From Stenomitos rutilans HA7619-LM2 (GTDB lineage: Bacteria > Cyanobacteriota > Cyanobacteriia > Leptolyngbyales > Leptolyngbyaceae), in assembly GCA_019358945.1 (NCBI GenBank), contig JAHHIE010000027.1, forward strand, positions 2,994 to 66,993: a DNA stretch of 64,000 nucleotides. The letters run 5' to 3'. Shown here piece by piece: positions 57,849 through 64,000 of the stretch; within the stretch, counting starts at the first letter, position 1; each line of letters begins with the position of its first letter. Below the pieces are notes generated by a model. That model worked only from the letters and a program-made list of their open reading frames with translations. It made no database searches and had not been told where the DNA came from. The translations under genes and the position numbers were made by a program.

Positions 57849-59855
57849 ATGTCTTCCTTTGTTGAAGTTGACCACGTTGATCAGGTTTTTCCGTTACCGA
57901 ACGGGCTGAAGTACATCGCGCTCAAAAACATTACGCTTGATATTACAAAGGGCGAATTTATTACGCTGCTAGGTCACTCTGGCTGTGGCAAATCGACCCT
58001 GTTGAATATCATTGCTGGGTTGAACAGTCCAACGCAGGGCGGGGTAGTGCTGGAGGGACGGCAGGTGTTAAAACCTGGCCCCGATCGCATGGTGGTGTTC
58101 CAAAACTATTCCCTTCTGCCCTGGCTGACTGTGCGAGAGAACATTTCGCTGGCCGTCAATCGAGTGCTGAAAGACTTACCAGCCGACGAGCGCAAAGATA
58201 TTATCGAACGCCACATTGATCTGGTGAAGCTTCGCCATGCGGCTGACAAAAAGCCAGGACAGTTGTCGGGTGGCATGAAACAACGGGTAGCGATCGCCCG
58301 CGCGTTGTCCATTCGCCCCAAATTGCTGTTGCTAGATGAACCCTTTGGAGCCTTGGATGCTCTGACCCGCAGCAGCTTGCAAGATCAGTTGATGCAGATT
58401 GCCGATGAGCATCAGTTGACCTGTGTGATGGTGACACACGATGTAGACGAAGCGCTGCTGCTGTCCGATCGCATCGTCATGCTCACCAACGGTCCTGAAT
58501 CTTACGTTGGGCAGGTGCTGGATGTGCCATTTACTCGTCCACGTGATCGCCTGAAAGTGGTCAACCATCCCAATTACTACGCGTTACGGGCAGAAGTGGT
58601 TTATTTTCTCAACCAGCAAAAGAAAGCGAAACAGCGTAAGGTTGTGCAAACTGCCGCGATCGCCCGTAATGGCTTGGAGAAAGTTAATCTGGAGCTTGGC
58701 TTTGTACCGCTAACTGACTGCGCGCCACTGGTGATTGCCAAAGAAAAAGGCTTCTTCCAGGCGCATGGGTTAGAGGAGGTGACGCTTTCACGGGAACCCA
58801 GTTGGAAAGCGATCGCCGAGGGCGTAGCCACTAAGCGTCTGGATGCTGCGCAAATGACAGCCGGAATGCCACTAGCCATGACGTTAGGGATGGGTGGCAA
58901 AACCCCGTTACCAACGGTGACGGGCTTAGTGCTCAGTCGCAACGGCAATGCCATTACGTTGAGCAAACAACTCTATGACGCTGGCGTGCGAACATTGCCT
59001 GACTTTAAGGAGGCGATCGCCGCTACACCTGATGAGGTGCGGACTCTGGCCGTGGTGCATCCCTCTTCTATGCACAACCTATTGTTACGCCACTGGCTAG
59101 CATCGGGTGGCATCGATCCAGATACGGATGTGAGCCTCACCGTCATTCCACCCGCTCAGATGGTCGCAACGATGAAGGCCGGTAGCATCGACGGCTACTG
59201 TGCAGGCGAACCCTGGAACTCCCACGCCGTTCGCGAAGGTCTGGGCTTTGTGGTTGCTACTGACCTCGACATCTGGGCAGGGCATCTAGAGAAAGTGCTG
59301 GGCGTGCGCGAAGATTGGGCCAATCAGTACCCACAAACCCATGTGGCGTTGGTGAAAGCACTCCTGGAAGCCTGCGAATACTGCGACGATCGCCGCAATC
59401 GCGAAGAACTGGTTGAACTTCTGAGCCGACCAGAATACGTTGGCACAGACCCAGCCTACATTCGCCCCGGTTTGCTTGATCCCTATCTTCGGAGTCTGGA
59501 CGCCGAACCAGAAAACCTCCCGCGCTTCAACCAGTTTTACGTCGATCAAACCAACTGCCCCTATCGCGTCGAAGGGCTGTGGATTATGACCCAATTTGCT
59601 CGTTGGGGCCTCACTCCCTTTCCTCGCAACTGGGTTGACGTGCTCGATCGCGTGCGCCGAGTCGATGTCTTTGGTGAAGCCGCACGCGACCTCGGTTTGT
59701 TAGATGTAGAACCCAATCGCGGCCCCATTCATTTCAGCGATGGGACGGTCTTTAATCCTGATGACCCCATCGGCTATCTCAATCACTTGACCATCAAACG
59801 TGACATCCGTATTGAAGAAATCGCGATCGATGCCCTAGCAACAGCGACGGTTTAG
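57849..59855 (+). CDS. nrtC: Nitrate ABC transporter ATP-binding protein with C-terminal NrtA-like regulatory domain
   Basis: GHSGCGKS, LSGGMKQR, DEPFGALD, followed by an LGFVPLTDCAP domain. Confidence 0.96.
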   Translation: MSSFVEVDHVDQVFPLPNGLKYIALKNITLDITKGEFITLLGHSGCGKSTLLNIIAGLNSPTQGGVVLEGRQVLKPGPDRMVVFQNYSLLPWLTVRENISLAVNRVLKDLPADERKDIIERHIDLVKLRHAADKKPGQLSGGMKQRVAIARALSIRPKLLLLDEPFGALDALTRSSLQDQLMQIADEHQLTCVMVTHDVDEALLLSDRIVMLTNGPESYVGQVLDVPFTRPRDRLKVVNHPNYYALRAEVVYFLNQQKKAKQRKVVQTAAIARNGLEKVNLELGFVPLTDCAPLVIAKEKGFFQAHGLEEVTLSREPSWKAIAEGVATKRLDAAQMTAGMPLAMTLGMGGKTPLPTVTGLVLSRNGNAITLSKQLYDAGVRTLPDFKEAIAATPDEVRTLAVVHPSSMHNLLLRHWLASGGIDPDTDVSLTVIPPAQMVATMKAGSIDGYCAGEPWNSHAVREGLGFVVATDLDIWAGHLEKVLGVREDWANQYPQTHVALVKALLEACEYCDDRRNREELVELLSRPEYVGTDPAYIRPGLLDPYLRSLDAEPENLPRFNQFYVDQTNCPYRVEGLWIMTQFARWGLTPFPRNWVDVLDRVRRVDVFGEAARDLGLLDVEPNRGPIHFSDGTVFNPDDPIGYLNHLTIKRDIRIEEIAIDALATATV

Positions 59856-60067
59856 GGCAAGAAAGAAGGCTGAAGGCTAAAAAGCTGACCGCTGTCCGCT
59901 CAAACCCTAAAGGTAGAAGGCAAGAAGGTTGTTGGTTTTGAGTTTTTAGAAGGATTCAGGAACAGTTCATGCACTAGCAACCAACAACTGGTTCAACTCA
60001 AAACTCAAAACTCAAAACTTTCATCCCTCACGCCTCTCCCCCACTCCTCCCCCCACTCTCCATCCCT

Positions 60068-60907
60068 ATGCAAACAATCAACAGCGCCCTCCTAGAACCG
60101 AAGCCACCGATTACGTCTGAACCGTTTTTGGTCATTGAAAACCTGACCAAAGCCTATCCCACCGCTGGTGACGACTATGTGGTGCTTGATGGGATTAATC
60201 TAACGGTGAATGAAGGTGAGTTTGTCTGCCTCATCGGTCATTCGGGCTGCGGCAAATCGACTTTGCTAGATATGGTATCGGGCTTCCGGGAGCCGACGAC
60301 GGGGGAAGTCCGGTTGCGCAACCAGCGGATCACAAAACCCGGCCCCGATCGCATGGTAGTGTTTCAAAACTACTCGCTTCTACCGTGGATGACAGCCTTT
60401 GAGAATATTTATTTGGGCGTTCATTCGGTTTGGCCTGATAAGCCCAGAGCGGAGAAAGAGAAGATTGCAAACGACCATTTAGCGCTGGTTGGGCTGACCG
60501 AAGCGGCCCACAAAAAGCCAGGACAGCTCTCTGGTGGCATGAAGCAGCGAGTTTGCATTGCCCGTGCGCTGGCGTTGCGCCCTCAGGTGCTGGTGCTAGA
60601 TGAACCCTTTGGCGCACTCGACCCGATTACGCGAGAAGAACTACAAGAGGAACTGCTCAAAATTTGGATGGAGTATCGTGTGACCGTCTTGATGATTACC
60701 CACGACATCGACGAGGCACTGCTGCTGAGCGATCGCCTGGTCATGATGACCAACGGCCCCGCAGCGAAAATTGGCGAGGTTTTGACCATTCCCTTCGCAC
60801 GTCCGCGCGATCGCACTCATGTGATGGAAGATCCCAAATACTACGAGCTACGCAACTATGCGCTGGACTTCTTGTATCACCGCTTTGCCCATGATGACGT
60901 AGAGTAG
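60068..60907 (+). CDS. nrtD: Nitrate ABC transporter ATP-binding protein
   Basis: GHSGCGKS, LSGGMKQR and DEPFGALD motifs. Confidence 0.95.
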   Translation: MQTINSALLEPKPPITSEPFLVIENLTKAYPTAGDDYVVLDGINLTVNEGEFVCLIGHSGCGKSTLLDMVSGFREPTTGEVRLRNQRITKPGPDRMVVFQNYSLLPWMTAFENIYLGVHSVWPDKPRAEKEKIANDHLALVGLTEAAHKKPGQLSGGMKQRVCIARALALRPQVLVLDEPFGALDPITREELQEELLKIWMEYRVTVLMITHDIDEALLLSDRLVMMTNGPAAKIGEVLTIPFARPRDRTHVMEDPKYYELRNYALDFLYHRFAHDDVE

Positions 60908-60993
60908 CGGCGATCGTTCTTGAGCGTGAGTGTTTGCGTGTGTTGCCTGTTTGCGGTTCAGCCCCCTCTAGAACAAATAAACAGCCATTAGCT

Positions 60994-61290
60994 ATGGTTC
61001 AGACCTCTTCCACACTGCCTGAAAACTTGCCCGATCGCATCCTTTGCTATTACGAGAACGCCACCAATCAAGTGCAAATTGCCCGCATCATTAATATTCC
61101 TAACTGGTTGTTTGAGCGCGTCGTGTTTCCCCGACAGCGCCTGCTGTTTGAGGCCCTGCCTGATGCACTCCTAGAAGTGCGGACTCACAGCAGCACCATA
61201 CCCCTGTTAGACCACATTCCATGTCTACGCTTGCAGGTGAGGGAATACACGCGTCCGCTGCTGAATCTCTCCGATGCAATCGATGGGTAG
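60994..61290 (+). CDS. DUF1830-like protein
   Basis: [47 protein letters not shown]. Confidence 0.8.
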   Translation: MVQTSSTLPENLPDRILCYYENATNQVQIARIINIPNWLFERVVFPRQRLLFEALPDALLEVRTHSSTIPLLDHIPCLRLQVREYTRPLLNLSDAIDG

Positions 61291-61295
61291 CGCCG

Positions 61296-63587
61296 ATGAC
61301 TCACCCCATCCGAACCCTCTGTCCCTACTGTGGCGTTGGCTGCGGTCTCGAAGTATCGCCTCCAGCTGTACCAGGTAAGACTGTAAATCGCGATAAACAG
61401 GGCACTCCCATCTGGCAGGCGCGGGGCGATCGTGCGCATCCTTCCAGTCAGGGAATGGTCTGTGTTAAGGGTGCCACCATTACTGAGTCCTTGCACAAAG
61501 ATCGTCTGCTGCATCCAATGGTGCGTGACTCGCTAGAGGAGCCGTTTCGCCGTGCTACTTGGAATGAGGCGTTGGGGCGTGTGGTCGATCGCATCCAAAC
61601 CGTTCGCGCCACTCAAGGAGCCGATGGGCTTTGTATGTATGGCTCTGGGCAATTCCACACTGAAGACTATTACGTGGCGCAAAAGCTGATGAAAGGCTTT
61701 CTCGGCACTAATAACTTTGATGCCAACTCGCGCCTTTGCATGTCTTCAGCCGTCGCGGGCTACGTGCAAAGCTTTGGTGCCGATGGCCCACCCTGCTGCT
61801 ACGACGATTTAGACTTAACGGACTGTGCGTTTTTAATTGGCACCAATGCGGCAGAGTGCCATCCCATTGTGTTTAATCGCCTGCGGAAGCACCACAAGCA
61901 AAACAAGCACGTCAAGCTGATCGTGGTCGATCCCCGCAAAACCCAAACAGCGGAGGCGGCTGATTTACATCTGGCGATCGCACCCGGAACCGATATCGAT
62001 TTGCTGAACGGGCTGGCCTATTTACTGCTTTATCGGGGCTACCTGGATTCGGTTTTTGTGTCCAAGCACACCAACCATTTCACCGCGTTTGCAGAAGTCA
62101 TTGAAGACTACAAGCCAGAAACGGTCGCGAAGCGCTGCGGTATTTCAGTGGAGGATCTAGAAACCGCCGCACAGTATTGGGGCGAATCCAAACGGGTGCT
62201 TTCGATGTGGTCGATGGGGGTCAACCAGTCCAGCGAGGGGACGGCAAAGGTGCGATCGATCATCAACCTGCATCTTATGACGGGGCAAATTGGTAAACCA
62301 GGTGCTGGGCCATTTTCACTCACCGGACAACCCAATGCGATGGGTGGGCGCGAGGCAGGGGGCTTGTGTAACCTTTTACCGGGTTATCGACATGTGAAAA
62401 ACCCGCAGCACCGCGCCGAAGTGGAGCAATTTTGGGGTTTGAAGTCAGGACAAATCTCGGCTGAACAGGGACGCACCGCCTGGGAGATGATCACGGGGCT
62501 TGAAGACGGAGCCGTCGGCTTTCTCTGGATTGCGGCAACAAATCCAGTGGTGAGCCTGCCGGATCTGGAGCGCACTAAACGAGCGTTGTTGCGATCGCCC
62601 TTCACCGTTTATCAAGAAGCTTACTACCCCACCGAAACGTCAGCTTATGCCCATGTGCTGCTGCCTGCCGCTCAGTGGAGCGAAGCCCCCGGTACCATGA
62701 CCAACTCTGAACGGCGCGTGACGCTCTGCCCCCAGTTCCGCACACCACCGGGTGAAGCCCGTGCCGATTGGGTGATTTTTGCCGAAGTAGCACGGCGATT
62801 GGGCTTTGGTAAACCCTTTACGTTCAACGGGGCTGCCGATGTCCATGCTGAGTTTGTGCAGTTAACGCAGGGTCGCCCTTGCGATATGTCAGGGATGACC
62901 CACGATCGCCTGCGCCACGAAGGCCCGCTGCAATGGCCCTGCCCTCAAGGTGAGGAAGAAGAGGGGACACGGGATGAAAAAGGACGACTGCGCTTTCCCT
63001 CGTTTATTCGTAATCCCCATAAGCCAGCAGTCTCTCGCTTCGCGGCCAAGCGGCTCTATGGCGATCGTCAATTTCATACACCTGATGGTCGCGCCCGCTT
63101 TGCCGCCTGTCACTCACGCGGTTTGGCTGAACCCCCCGACGACACCTATCCCTATGTGCTGACAACGGGCAGGCTCTACGGTCACTGGCACACGCAAACA
63201 CGCACCGGACGGGTTGATAAGATTCGGCAGATGTACGATGGCCCGTTTCTTGAGATTCATCCCCGCGATGCCGCCGCGATCGGGGTTGAGAACGGCAACT
63301 GGCTGGAGGTACGATCGCGCCGAGGGACTGCCCGTTTTCCAGCCAAAGTCACTACGGCCATTGCGCCCAAAACCGTCTTTGTACCCATGCACTGGGGCGC
63401 ACTCTGGGCAACCAAGGCCGAAGCTAATGCCCTTACCCACCCCGAAGCCTGCCCAGACTCCTTTCAACCGGAGTTAAAAGCCTGTGCAGTGGAGTTGGTA
63501 GCGATCGACTCTAAAGGCGTCGCCTCAGAGACGGATGACACCACTGATCCGTTAAGTTCATTGCTGCCCCCGCTTTCTGTCTCATAG
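61296..63587 (+). CDS. narB: Ferredoxin-dependent assimilatory nitrate reductase
   Basis: CPYCGVGCG...[25 protein letters not shown] and [12 protein letters not shown] motifs. Confidence 0.97.
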   Translation: MTHPIRTLCPYCGVGCGLEVSPPAVPGKTVNRDKQGTPIWQARGDRAHPSSQGMVCVKGATITESLHKDRLLHPMVRDSLEEPFRRATWNEALGRVVDRIQTVRATQGADGLCMYGSGQFHTEDYYVAQKLMKGFLGTNNFDANSRLCMSSAVAGYVQSFGADGPPCCYDDLDLTDCAFLIGTNAAECHPIVFNRLRKHHKQNKHVKLIVVDPRKTQTAEAADLHLAIAPGTDIDLLNGLAYLLLYRGYLDSVFVSKHTNHFTAFAEVIEDYKPETVAKRCGISVEDLETAAQYWGESKRVLSMWSMGVNQSSEGTAKVRSIINLHLMTGQIGKPGAGPFSLTGQPNAMGGREAGGLCNLLPGYRHVKNPQHRAEVEQFWGLKSGQISAEQGRTAWEMITGLEDGAVGFLWIAATNPVVSLPDLERTKRALLRSPFTVYQEAYYPTETSAYAHVLLPAAQWSEAPGTMTNSERRVTLCPQFRTPPGEARADWVIFAEVARRLGFGKPFTFNGAADVHAEFVQLTQGRPCDMSGMTHDRLRHEGPLQWPCPQGEEEEGTRDEKGRLRFPSFIRNPHKPAVSRFAAKRLYGDRQFHTPDGRARFAACHSRGLAEPPDDTYPYVLTTGRLYGHWHTQTRTGRVDKIRQMYDGPFLEIHPRDAAAIGVENGNWLEVRSRRGTARFPAKVTTAIAPKTVFVPMHWGALWATKAEANALTHPEACPDSFQPELKACAVELVAIDSKGVASETDDTTDPLSSLLPPLSVS

Positions 63588-63787
63588 CATCTGATGGATG
63601 CTGACGGGAGGCTGCGACAGATGAAGTCCGAAACCCGTTGTAGGCTTTGCTTTCTCGAAGGGTAACGGGTTGCAAGACTCTTGTAATCCTTTGAGGAGGA
63701 CTCCGTTCTATGAGACCACACGTTCAGGGCAGGGCGGGGTAAGCGATTGCTGAAAGATTTGTCAGTCAACCAGGCTAAAAGGTCTGT

Positions 63788-64000
63788 TTAAGCTTGTGGG
63801 CTTTGCTCCCACATTTTTTCTAGGAGTTTAATTTGCGCTTCCAGAGTGGCTACACGGTATGCCTGATAGCGATCGTGCAGAAAAAGCCCTAAACCAAAAC
63901 CAACGGGAAGGACAAAGTAGAGAATGCCAAGCAAAGCATTTGAAATTTGCTCCATTTGCGTTGCGCTTAAGCCATGACTAACCGTTGCTGAAGTGCTTAC
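63788..64000 (-). CDS. Small membrane protein, 5' truncated by window edge
   Basis: Frame open from 64000: ...MEQISNALLGILYFVLPVGFGLGLFLHDRYQAYRVATLEAQIKLLEKMWEQSPQA*. Confidence 0.6.
   Translation of the reverse strand, partial: VSTSATVSHGLSATQMEQISNALLGILYFVLPVGFGLGLFLHDRYQAYRVATLEAQIKLLEKMWEQSPQA

Overview
A 64-kb chromosomal window from a filamentous cyanobacterium. The basis is frequent HIP1 (GCGATCGC) sites, 7-mer STRR-type tracts, ndhP, the nirA-nrtABCD-narB operon and roughly 50% GC; it looks Leptolyngbyaceae-like, which is an inference. The first ~11.6 kb is an accessory, conflict-type patch: BrnTA, VapC and HicAB modules, two genes each broken by a single in-frame TGA, an IS5 relic with a nested MITE, an LRR-Roc-COR-TIR Roco protein, and a divergent helical hypothetical gene followed by a 21-bp hairpin array. 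The rest is mostly housekeeping (serS, rseP, nth, rpsN, ada, ispE, rsmA, purM, csaB, mpg, mgtE, pyrB, moaE). It also holds a two-component system next to a secreted repeat protein and a MacAB-like exporter that share an identical 22-bp CusR-like box, and a nitrate assimilation operon with an NtcA/NtcB promoter. The most unusual non-coding signal is a family of three polarised 21-bp tandem arrays, two of which share homologous leader and terminal units. Other notable items: three MITE types carrying hairpin cargo, apparent in-frame 7-mer-repeat insertions in three enzymes, and small genes missed by the ORF track (ndhP, a 35-aa membrane protein, pseudogenised hicA, hepT and mnt). No rRNA, tRNA or CRISPR array was seen. 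All family assignments come from motif recognition; no database search was run.
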